Assembly (NCBI RefSeq): GCF_009834535.1
Contig: NC_045696.1
Coordinates: 31,870,001-31,934,000, forward strand
Reading direction: 5' to 3'
Length of the DNA stretch: 64,000 nt
From: Camelus ferus
Taxonomy: Eukaryota
Both the position numbers and the translations under genes were made by a program. Shown piece after piece: positions 53,901 through 64,000 of the stretch (positions within the stretch are counted from its first letter, which is position 1; each line of letters opens with the position of its first letter). The notes beneath the pieces are model-generated. The model did not search any database. It was not told where the DNA came from and saw only the letters and a program-made list of their open reading frames with translations.

Positions 53901-56007
53901 GCTGTGTTTTGCTCTATAGGGGCTGTCTGCCGGAATACATGATTCTGTGATGTAGGACCTAGTGTGCATGCTCACAAAATCAGACTCTTCTCTGCTGCAG
54001 GGGCACCAATAATCCTGCATCAGCCCTGCCTATTTGTGTGTGTGTGCCTTCACAATGTGTGAGCTCCCAAATTCCACTGAATCTGTGAGATCTCAAAGCC
54101 TGCAGAGCGTTTGCACTACTGTGGAGGCATGGGCTTAGATGTCACTCCTGCCCTTGGCAGGTGTATACTCACAGAACACTAGCTCCCAAAGCCAGTGGAA
54201 GTTGAAAGCTTTTGGAGCACGGACCAATAGCTGGTATGTCAGTGAGCATTCTGACAGTGTGACTTCTATGGTGGACCCACCCGCACCCCACCCTTTGTGT
54301 TGATAATGGGGCTCCAAAGGCAGATCCGTGCTCTGTCCTGCGGGCAACCCCAGTTACAGCCTTCATCACACTGCAGGTCCTGTGAGCTATCTCTGCCCAG
54401 CCAAACTAAGTCCTCTCTCCAAGTCGTATGCTGAAGTCTGAGTTTCAGCACCCAGCTGCTGCACACACCAGTTGGGTGGAAAGTGTGGTGACTTGGCAGC
54501 CATCAGTGCCAGTCCCTATATCCTGCTTGGCAGCAAACCAGCATGTGTGTAGTCCTCTCAGGCAAATGCTAGGCCCTTGCAGATCCTTATCTGTCACAGT
54601 GGACCTCCCAGCAGGTGATGGAAGTTCTGAAGGTGAGGAAACATTTCCTCTTTCATGGCTCCCTCCCTGGGGTGCAGGTTCCATCTCAATTCCCTTTTTA
54701 TTTCCTTATAGACCTACCCAGTTTCATGGGGATTGTTATTGCAGCTTTGGTTGTATGAGATCTTCTGCCAGCTTTCAGTTGGTATTCACTGAGAATTGTT
54801 CCAGATGTAGATACATTTTTGATGTATTTGTGGGGGGAGGTGAGCTCCACATCCTTCTACTCTGCCATCTTGATCTATAAATTTTGTAAAATTTTACATT
54901 TCAAATAGAAACCTTGAGAACAAGTCAAGGGAAAGATCATAAAAAGCTTTCATGAGAAGGCTTGATAGGTTAGTTCCTTTAATGCCATTTTTTCCTGCTT
55001 TTTGAACAAAGGGTCTCACATATTTATGTTTAATTAGACTGTGCAAAGTATATGGCCAAATCCAGTTTTCTATAAAAGGTTCCAGGTATATACCATTAAC
55101 TGCAGCATGCCTCAGAACTCACAGCAACTAGGGAGAAAAGGTATGGCAATTGATTAATGGCAACAGCATCTATTCCAGTCAGCCCCTGCCCCTACACAGA
55201 TGAATCTACTTGCTTCACAAATTCAACTCACTTCAAGAAGATGTAGCATTTCAAGGATGATTGTTGATCATAGTTTCTGGGAAAACTTGAAAGAGAATGA
55301 ATGGTGGGGCAAACTATTACCCTTTAATGCAATTGGTTTAGAGGCTTTGAGTGATACTCATAATCTGCCTCCCTATCTTTCATTTTTGATTGCCCTCCCT
55401 TTACAACTAGTGCTTCCTAAGTGGATAGCTTGGATTGACACAGACCTCCACTTTGAGGCATCAGAACAAGAATAAAATATCATATAAACACTGTAGGATG
55501 CAATAAAAATGGCACTTAGAGGGAAGTCAAAAATGACTACAGATGAGCCTATGAACTCAGTGGACCTGCTGTAAGACAGACCTGGGACAGGACTCAATTT
55601 ATTATCCATTTCTCATGCATTGATACTCTAGGAGGTATACCACAATGATGTTATAATTTCATCTTTGATTTAAATTCAGAGTCTGTATTCAAAAGCCTAT
55701 GAAAGGTCTAGGCTTTCTCTTTTCCTCAGTGAATGATTATGTGAATAAATGGACATAAGTCTCTTTGGAGAGCAACTGGGAGAATCATTACTATATATAC
55801 TGGTCCTTTCTCAAGGGGACCACAATCACTCCATTAGCTAATGAATTCCAGAGGTGAACACTTGCTTAAGTCTGGAAACTGAGAAAGTGTAAATGACCTT
55901 TCCATAGGGATTGGCTGACCTAAGCCTTTTGCTCATCCAGTCTTGAAAAACCTTTAATTATATATATTAGAAAGTACTCTTGTGGGTTGGCCATCTTATA
56001 ACTAAAA

Positions 56008-56194
56008 TAAGCATGCCAGATATAGCAAATAAAAACACAGGACACCAGTTAAATTTGAATTTCAGATACATAATGAAAATGCTTTTAGTATAAACATGTC
56101 GCATGTAATCTTGGAGATATACTTAAAAAATAAGCATTGTTCTTCTGAAATTTAAATGTAACTGCATTTTTCTGTATTTTGTCTGGCAATTCTT
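56008..56194. mobile_element. MER53 palindromic MITE inside the ERVL internal region
   Basis: tgccagatatagcaaataaaaacacaggacaccagttaaatttgaatttcaga...tctgaaatttaaatgtaactg...ctgtattttgtctggcaa (self-complementary arms). Confidence 0.9.
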
Positions 56195-58509
56195 CTCTTA
56201 TAACAAACTATAATTGATTATCCATTGTTACGGGTCCCTACCAGTCATATCACCCTGGCTGACATGCAGAAATTGATGGCCATTAGGATGATTATGCCTA
56301 TCTTACATCTGATTGTTAAGTATTGCCACCTGGCCTTTCCTGTTTTGGGAGTCAGTGATCACATTTATTGGCCAGAATCTCCTACCTTAAGCCCTAGCCT
56401 ATGCCATCAGCATGCTCTCCCAGGCATATTCCCCCAGTTATCATCAATAAAACATAGTAAGTTTCATAGTTTATAATCCTTCATCCTAAAATCCTTCTTG
56501 TCTTCTCTTCTCTCTAAGCATTTCACCAGTTAGTCCATGCTGAAATTTGACCCTAGTTATCTTTTTTGGTTGCCTGTGCAAGAAGCTGGAACAGATCTTG
56601 ACTAGGAAAGTATTAGTCTTAAGGCACCTCACTGATTTGAGACCTCTGAAAGAACTACAAGTAAGGAAAAGGAAGATGAGGAGGGGGCTGCTACCCTCTA
56701 ACATGAGGAAGTGGGCCACATCTAGAAGCCTAGAGTGTCAAGGGAATCTAGGTACTCAATGTTCTTAAGTGCATTTATCCAGACACCCCCATTTTTCAAT
56801 CTCAATCCTACTTCTTCCCTATCAGGCACAGGAGCTTTGCTGGAGCTGAAAATTAAACTTTTTCTGGAGTTCTACCATTCTTGGATATAGTTCCTGAGAC
56901 TACTCTTAGCTATGAGAATGGATAGTTCTTTAAATGCTGCCATTGAGGTCCTCTGATTTTCACATTTTGTATTAAATTGGTGACTGGCACCCATCATCTT
57001 CTCTCTTGAAAGCATTGTTGGTGCTTAACAATGGCCATGCAGTTTTGATGTCCTTATCATTAGTATGTTCCTTGTTCTTTTCCAGCGCCAGAGTTATTGC
57101 TGTTGCATGAACGAACCAGTGCGTCTCTGTCTACCTCCACCCTTTTCCAGTTCACCAGGGATAAATTCTTAATGACAAACTTCTACAGAATGCTAAGAGA
57201 AATTAATATTACACCTACCTTAAGTGATGGTTTGTGCACTGTCAGGTGGCTAGCTGATGAGCCACCTCTAGAATCATATCCTTGGTGTTCTTCCCAGGAC
57301 TACTGCTGGTACTAACTCTCCAAGGTTAGGCACCACAGAAGCGGAGCCAGAGTCAGGGATTCATATGCAAGTGATTGATTAAGGTGACTCTTATCAGGAA
57401 AAACCTGTGAATGAGGGAAGCAAAATAGGGAAAGGGAAGGAGCTGAGCAAGAGCATAGTCTCATATACATTCTAGCATTGCTTTGATTCATGAGCATGCT
57501 TTGGAGCATAAATCACATTGCAGAGTCATCCTCTTGTGGTAAAGCAAGTAGGCATTAGTGCCCCATGTCAGTGAGTCACTGACTGCACTGGGGTGAAGAG
57601 TATAACATCTACCCCAAGTGTCAGCTGTTAATACAGCCCCTCACAGCTAGGTTGATGGACATACCAGCCAGTAAAGCGGATATGGACAGGACATCAGCTG
57701 CAGCTACAACAATTACTTTATATAGTAAATTATAACTACATTTATACTTTAATTTATATTTTAAGTAATTATCCTAATACACAAAACATAATTACTTTAC
57801 CTACTTTTTCATAACGCTTTTTTCTTTGTACATCTATTTTTTTCTTTATCTAAGTGCCAGTTCTGCTTATCCTGCTCTCTATATTACACAAAATATTTAT
57901 CACCTTAGGTTGATAACATGTAGCTGCTTACCTTTCAGCTGCTTCCCTTGTTCAAGAGGACAGAGTCTGACTCTAATTAGGTTCTATCTCATCTAATATT
58001 TATCCTGGGATCTATTTAAACTCTCATTTTCTATTTATGCTTTATTCATTTTTATTTTTCTGCATATCAGTGGCAAATTTTCTGTTGGCTACCATTCTGA
58101 CCCCTTATATATATATATAGGTTTTCCTTATGACTATAATCTCATTCCGTTGCCTTCTCTAACTCTAAGTTAAATAATAAACATTCTCTGTCAACTCTTT
58201 TTAACCAAGAGGGGCACATAGCCTGTAGAATGGGTGAAACAGATGTTCTTCATACCTTGTTGTTCATAAGTCATGGGAAGTGGCTATTGTACGACTGAAT
58301 TATCTTCACTATAGAAGCACAATTGTGCATATATATTGTTTGAGCACACCTCATTCTTTTGGAAACCAGAGTAACTGCTAAGATTTATATATTAAATTTA
58401 AACTGAGAGACAATATCCATGAAGGAAATCTTTTAAATGAACCAAAGGAAATATTAATTTGTCAAAATTCAGAGAGTTGCATGAATTTCAGAGTTGGGTA
58501 TTCTCTTAG

Positions 58510-58650
58510 AGGTTGCCAAAACAAACCCTTGCATTGTCTAGTTGAGGAAACTGGAGGCCTAAAGAGGTTTAGTGACTGAATAAAAGCTTTACAGCCAGAG
58601 AGAAACAAAATTAAGATTAGAGCTGTGGTCTTAACTTTAAGACAAGTTAC
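58510..58650 (-). mobile_element. MIR fragment
   Basis: tgaggaaactggaggcctaaagaggtttagtgact. Confidence 0.65.
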
Positions 58651-58789
58651 CTGTATAGATTATAAGATATAATTCTAATTGATGGCACCTTTTCTATGAT
58701 TCCTCAACGCTCTCCCTTTTCAACTTCTAATAAAATACATGAATATAAGTTTACTGTAAGAAAAAATAGAATATAAATTGAAAGAAGAC

Positions 58790-58960
58790 ATTAATTAGGG
58801 TCTTGACTCTGCCGAGTGACAGTGAAAAGGGCAGACATACAGTTACTAAATTTTTCTTTCTTACCTATATAATCAAAGCAAAATATTTTCCTTATAGGTG
58901 CCCCAAAGCTCTTGTAAGCGTCAAATGAAATAACTGTGAAAATACTTTGTAAACTATTAA
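58790..58960 (+). mobile_element. MIR fragment
   Basis: ttctttcttacctatataat...tgtaagcgtcaaatgaaataactgtgaaaatactttgtaaact. Confidence 0.55.
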
Positions 58961-59097
58961 CCCAGTTCTAGAATTGTAAAAAAATTATGGGAAATTATAT
59001 ACTGCGATTTGGCAGCCATAAAATTTAGGTATCTTCACTTTGATTTTTATTTGCCTTAACTCAACATATTGTGATCTTTTACTATATAAAGTAAATT

Positions 59098-60125
59098 TTG
59101 CAATAAGAAAACAACTTGATTTTTAAAATTAATCAAAGATCTTAACAGACACCTCACCAAAGAAGATATGTAGATGGCAAATAAGCACATGAAAATATGT
59201 TCCACCTCATACATCATCAGGGAAATGCAAATTAAAACAACAATAAGATACCACTACACACATATTAGATTGGCCAAAATAAAAAACACTGATAACACCA
59301 AATACTGGTGCGGACGTAGAGCAACAGGAATTTGCATACATTGCTGGTGGGAATGCAAAATAGTACAGCTAATTTGGAAGACAGTTTGGTGGCTTCTTAA
59401 CAAAACTAAACATATGGTTACCATCTCATCCAGCAATCATGCTCCTTGATATTTTCCCAAAAGAGTTTAAAACATATTTCCACATAAAAACCTATACACA
59501 GATGTTTACAGCAGCTTTATTCATAAATGCCAAAACTTGGAAGCAACCAAGATGTCTTTTATTGTTTGAATTGGTAAATAAACTGTGGTACATCCAAGCA
59601 GTGGAACATTATTCTGCACCAAAACGAAATGAGCTATCAGGCCATGAAAAGGTATGGAGGAAACCTAAATGCATATTAATAAATGAAAGAAACCAATCTG
59701 AAAAGACTATACACTATAATTCCAACTATATGGCATTCTGGAAAAGGCAAAACTATACAATTAAAAAATCAATTTTTTCTAGGGGTGAGAAAGAGGAAAA
59801 GAGATGAATAGGGAAGCACAGAGGATTTTATGACAGTGAAAATACTTGGTAAGATATTATAATGATGGGTATATATCATATGTTTGTTCAAATCCATAGA
59901 ATGTATATCAAGAATGAACCCTAGGGTAAACTGTGGACTTTACGTGATTATGATGTGTCAATGTGGGTTCATATTTGGAAAAAAAATTTACCATTCTGGT
60001 GAGTGATGTTTACAATGGAGAAACTATACATGTGCTTGGGCAGGAGATATATGGGAAATCTTTGTACCTCCCTCTCGATTTTGTTGTAAACCTAAAACTG
60101 CTCTAAAACAAAGTCTTAAAAAATT
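59098..60125 (+). mobile_element. L1MC1-type 3' fragment
   Basis: Peptides MANKHMKICSTS...[15 protein letters not shown]; 3'UTR gaaccctagggtaaactgtggacttt...ttgttgtaaacctaaaactgctctaaaa. Confidence 0.9.
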
Positions 60126-61173
60126 AAGCATATTATATTTCTTCAAATAACTATTGAATAGAATCCAAAATAAAATTTAAATGGGTTTGCAACAACAGTA
60201 TGTATAGTTCTTTCTAACTCTTCTCAGTGGCATCTTCAAGTCTTATTCCCTCTCATCCTTTTAATCCCTGTCAGCAAATGACCTTAATATGCAATTCATT
60301 GAATAAAGGTAACCCATAAAATGGACCTTCAGTTTGTATCACCAGTTTATGAGTTTTCTCTGCATTTCTACCTACACTTTCCTCTTTCTCTTCTGTTTAA
60401 TGGAAAGGGAGTTCTTCCTCATTTCCTAGATTTATCCCTCTACTTGTACTTCAGATTACATCTCTCCTCTCATCCAAAGTCATCTTTCTAAAAAAAGGTT
60501 GTGTATACTCACTGTCTCCACTTCTCTACTGCCCATTTATAGCTCAACTAACTTCAATCTAGCTACAGTCTCCATAACTTTACTAAATAACTCTCTCCAT
60601 TGTCACCAATCTTTGCTGATAACCCAGGGACAATCATCTGTCCCTATTTATCTGATCTCTCCATTAATTGCTTCGTCTTGTTAGAAAATTTTCTTCACCT
60701 CTGGCCTCTCCTTTGCAGTATTTATTTTTTATTGAAGTATAGTTGATTTAAAATATTGTGTCAGTTTCAGATATACAGCAAAGTGGTTCAGTTATAATAT
60801 ATATTTTTTCAGATTATTTTTCATTATAGGTTATTACAAGATATTGAATATAGTTCCCTGTGTTATACATTAAAACCTTGTTGCTTATCTATTTTATGTA
60901 TAGTAGTTTGTATCTGTTAATCCTATACTCCTAATTTATCCCTCACCGCTACCTTTACCCTTTGGTAACCATAAGTTTGTCTTCTATTTCTGCAAGTCTC
61001 TTTCTGTTTTGTATATAGATTCATTTGTATTATTTTTTAGATTCCATATATAAGTGATATCATATAATATTTGTGTTTTTTTCTGATTTACTTCACTTAG
61101 TATGATATTCTCTAGGTCCGTCTATGTTGCTGGAAATGACAACATTTCATTTTTTATGACTCAGTAATATCCC

Positions 61174-61175
<2 letters not shown>

Positions 61176-61214
<39 letters not shown>
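61176..61214. repeat. (TG)n microsatellite
   Basis: Directly visible. Confidence 0.97.
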
Positions 61215-61216
<2 letters not shown>

Positions 61217-61904
61217 ATATATATGTGTGTATGACATCTTCCTAGGCCAATCATCAGTTGTTTATATGTTTTGGCTATTGTAAATAGGGCTGCTGTGAAC
61301 ATTGGGGTTCATTTATCTTTTCAAATTTGAGTTTTTGTCTTTTCTGTATATATGCCCAGGAGTGGGACTGCTGGATTGATCATATGGTAGCTCTATTTTT
61401 AGTTTTTTAAGCAACTTCCATACTGTTTTCCATAGTTGCTGCACCAGTTTTTTTTTTATACTAATGATGAAATACCATAAAGAGAAAATACAAAAAAAAA
61501 TACCGTTTAAAATTGTGTCAAAAAAAAAATCTAGGAATAAACTTAACCAAGGAAGTAAAAGATCTGCATGCTGAGAACTATAAAACATTGATAAAATAAA
61601 TTGAAGATGATTCAAAGAAATGGAAAGATACTCCATGCTCTTGGATTGGAAAAATTAATATTGTTGAAATTGCCATACTACCCAAAATAATCTAAAGATT
61701 TAATGCTATTCCTATCAAGTTGCCCATGACATTTTTCACACAACTAGAAGAAATAATCCTAAAATTTATGGAGAACCACAAAAGACCCAGAATTGCCAAA
61801 GCAGTACTGAAGGAAAAGAACAAAGCTGGAGGAATAACTCTCCTAGTCTTCAGACAATATTATAGAGCTACAGGAATCAAAACAGTGTGGTATTGGGACA
61901 AAAA

Positions 61905-61917
61905 CAGACAGACAGAC

Positions 61918-61962
<45 letters not shown>
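61905..61962. repeat. (GACA)n(GATA)n tetranucleotide repeat
   Basis: Directly visible. Confidence 0.97.
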
Positions 61963-64000
61963 TATCAATGGAGCAGAATAGCCCAGAAATAAACCCTGAC
62001 ACCTATGGTCAATTAATTTACAACAAAGGGGGTAAGAATATACAATGGAGAAGAGTCTCTTTGACAAGTGGTTTTGGGAAAGCTGGATAGCTACATGCAA
62101 ATCAATGAAATTAGAACACTCATTCACACTATACACAAAAATAAACCCAAAATGGTTTAAAGACCTAAGTATAAGACATGACACCATAAAACTCCTAGGA
62201 AAGGACATAGGCAAACCATTCTCAGACATAAATCATAGTAGTATTTTCTTAGATCATTCTACCAAGGCAAAAAATAAAATAAAATAAAACCAAAAATAAA
62301 CAAATGGGCTTAATCAAACTTAAAAGCTTTGGCACAGCAAAGGAAATCATCAACAAAATGAAATAAATCTACAGAATGGGAGAGAATATTCACATATGAT
62401 GTGATAAGAGGTTAATATCAAAAGTATACGAACAGCTCATACAGCTCAATACCAAAACAAAAACAATCAAAAAATGGACAGAAGACCTAAACAGATATTT
62501 CTCCAAAGAAGACATACAGATGGCCAACAGGAACATGAAAAGATATAAGATGCTCATCATCTCTAATTATTAGAGAAATGCCAGTTGAAATCACCTGACA
62601 TAAGTCACAATTGCTATCATCAAAAAATCTACACATAATAAACCTTGGAGAGGGTATAGAAAAATGGGAACCTTCCTTCAACATTGGTGGGAATATAAGT
62701 TGGTGCAGCCACTATGGAAACACTATTGAGGTTCCTCCACAGTATTTTTTAAACTAACTTTTAAATAAGTATCATCCAAATTTCTATCTTAACCTCCTTT
62801 TTTTTTTTTTTCTCATTCTAGTCATGCTTTCTAGGCTTTCTCACCCTCATTCATTTTGTCAAGTGTCATCTGAATGTTGTTGATGGCTCCCAAATCTGGA
62901 CCTCCATCCTAGAACTGACTGAATGTTGGAACATAATCCACATTTCAGCTATACGTCAAGTATCTTTGACTCTACCACTCTCATCTCAGACTCAGCATTT
63001 CCAAAAATGAAGGTTTTATTCAGTTTCAGATCTGTTCTTTATTCTGTTCCCTGTCTTGAAAAATAATGTAAATTTCCCACCAAAATCACCAAACACAAAA
63101 ATCTTATCATTCTTACTCTTTCCTCTCCCATTTTCCCTGTATATATTCAATCACAAATTTCCTGGATTTTACATCCGAGTGCATTTTATTTCTAATTATT
63201 TCTTTGTATCTAAACTGCAACTAGCAATAATTTACAGCAAATTATTTCTCACCTGGATAATTGCAACTACTTCTTAACTCTTTACTTCCTTCTTCCAACT
63301 TAGCACTCCTCTAATCAATTCTCCATGTATCACACTGAGTTGTATTTCTAACACAGAACCTGATGCTTTTCTCCATGTACACAATTTATCAGTGAATTCC
63401 CATGCCTTTTTGTGCAATTTTAAACTTCTTAATTTGTCCTGCAAGACTCCTCATCAGCTGGCTTCAAAGACTATCTCTAATAATAGCAAACTGGTTCACT
63501 TCCACAAAAGCACATATTCTACTTTACTCTAAACTTGTAGTTTTCCTGAAACACTCTTCATGTATCCTCTTGGTCCATGCCTATTTCCAGCTGACTAATT
63601 CCAATTCTTCACTCAGTGTGACAGCTTTTGAAAAGGATGACTTTTCTGATTTCTGAAATCTTGTCCAAAGTGCTCTCTAGGCAAACTGTACTTTCCTCAC
63701 TAAAGTACTTCTCACAATGTCTTTTATTTGCCTGAGTGATTATCTGTACCCACTATCAGAATGTTGGTAGGATGCATATCTGTCTCATTTACCATTTCTT
63801 GGAACCAATTCTAGCAAGTAGAAGGTAATCAATAAACATTTGTGGAACACAAAAGGTATCTATACAGACAAAATAGTTCTATCAAATTTCCAAGGTTATT
63901 AACAAAACAAAGGGGAACTGATAAAAGAAAACATTAATTATCACAGACCCACACAGAAAGATGTGTGTCTGATTTAAACTAAAATGTTTACTTACAATTG

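Larger units (their letters stand above)
48402..54877 (-). mobile_element. Near-full-length decayed L1 (copy B), similar subfamily to copy A, with internal deletions and two nested tails
   Basis: 3'UTR at 48402, ORF2 and ORF1 fragments, 5' terminus ggggaggtgagctccacatccttctactctgccatcttgatct; candidate TSD taaatttt (48394-48401 / 54878-54885). Confidence 0.92.
47673..55065 (+). mobile_element. MER45B-like (hAT-Tip100) element split by L1 copy B (parts 47673-48401 and 54878-55065)
   Basis: Left end ctggcttcatggg...gcagaaggaccc; internal aatatttacattcaaaactggcaatgtacaacataaaaatgaa; right end ttttcctgctttttgaacaaagggtctcacat...gcaaagtatatggcc. Confidence 0.82.
47347..57711 (-). mobile_element. 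ERVL (ERV3-16A3/LTR16-like) provirus: 5' LTR 57317-57711, internal 55178-57316, 3' LTR 55066-55177 plus 47347-47672
   Basis: Both LTRs begin on + with tgtcttagg/tctccaagg...agaa(a/g)c(a/g)ga-ccagag. PBS-like gttagtaccagcagt lies next to the 5' LTR on -. PPT-like aggggctgac lies at 55178-55187 on -. The gag-region text aaatgtgaaaatcagaggacctcaatggcagcatttaaaga resembles ERV3-16A3_I. Confidence 0.75.
60724..62737 (-). mobile_element. 5'-inverted (twin-primed) L1: non-inverted 3' part 60724-61447 (-) and inverted ORF2 part 61458-62737 (+)
   Basis: Strand switch at a T-run (61448-61457); TSD tgcagtattt (60714-60723) / cacagtattt (62738-62747). Confidence 0.9.
60260..63846 (+). mobile_element. 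L2 (L2a-like) element split by the inverted L1 at 60724-62737
   Basis: gttgtgtatactcactgtctccacttc; gatggctcccaaatct; ttctcacctggataattgcaa; tail gtaatcaataaacatttgtggaa. Confidence 0.7.

Noticed and set aside
6256..54877. Copies A and B as a segmental duplication
   Set aside because: They have different hosts (LTR16 versus MER45B), different TSDs and different deletions, so they are independent insertions.
1..64000. CRISPR arrays, tRNA/rRNA genes, CpG-island promoter, prokaryotic systems
   Set aside because: None seen; the sequence is CpG-depleted mammalian repeat-rich DNA.

Overview
AT-rich, CpG-poor mammalian genomic DNA, either intergenic or deep intronic, with no supportable host protein-coding or RNA gene. 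Every credible ORF is a LINE-1 ORF1/ORF2 fragment. The L1 3' tails look cetartiodactyl and probably camelid, and I saw no ruminant, pig or whale SINEs; this is recognition from memory, not a database result. Well over half of the window is transposon-derived, and the layers can be ordered from target-site duplications (TSDs) and split hosts. (1) An LTR16 is split by a near-full-length L1, which is itself split by a young 2.6-kb L1. (2) An internally deleted two-LTR ERVL (ERV3-16A3/LTR16-like) provirus has MER45B in its 3' LTR; MER45B hosts a second near-full-length L1, which hosts two younger L1 tails. (3) A twin-primed, 5'-inverted L1 sits in an L2. Several short TSD-flanked L1 tails, old HAL1, L1MC, MIR, L2, MLT1 and MER relics, and microsatellites are also present. 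The most unusual signal is two independent ORF1-only L1 copies that stop at essentially the same A-rich point before ORF2 (GAAAAAGACCTA). One of them lacks exactly a GT..AG-bounded 397-bp spacer segment present in the other, making them candidate 'half-L1' or spliced ORF1 retrocopies. Family names are provisional until checked with RepeatMasker/Dfam.
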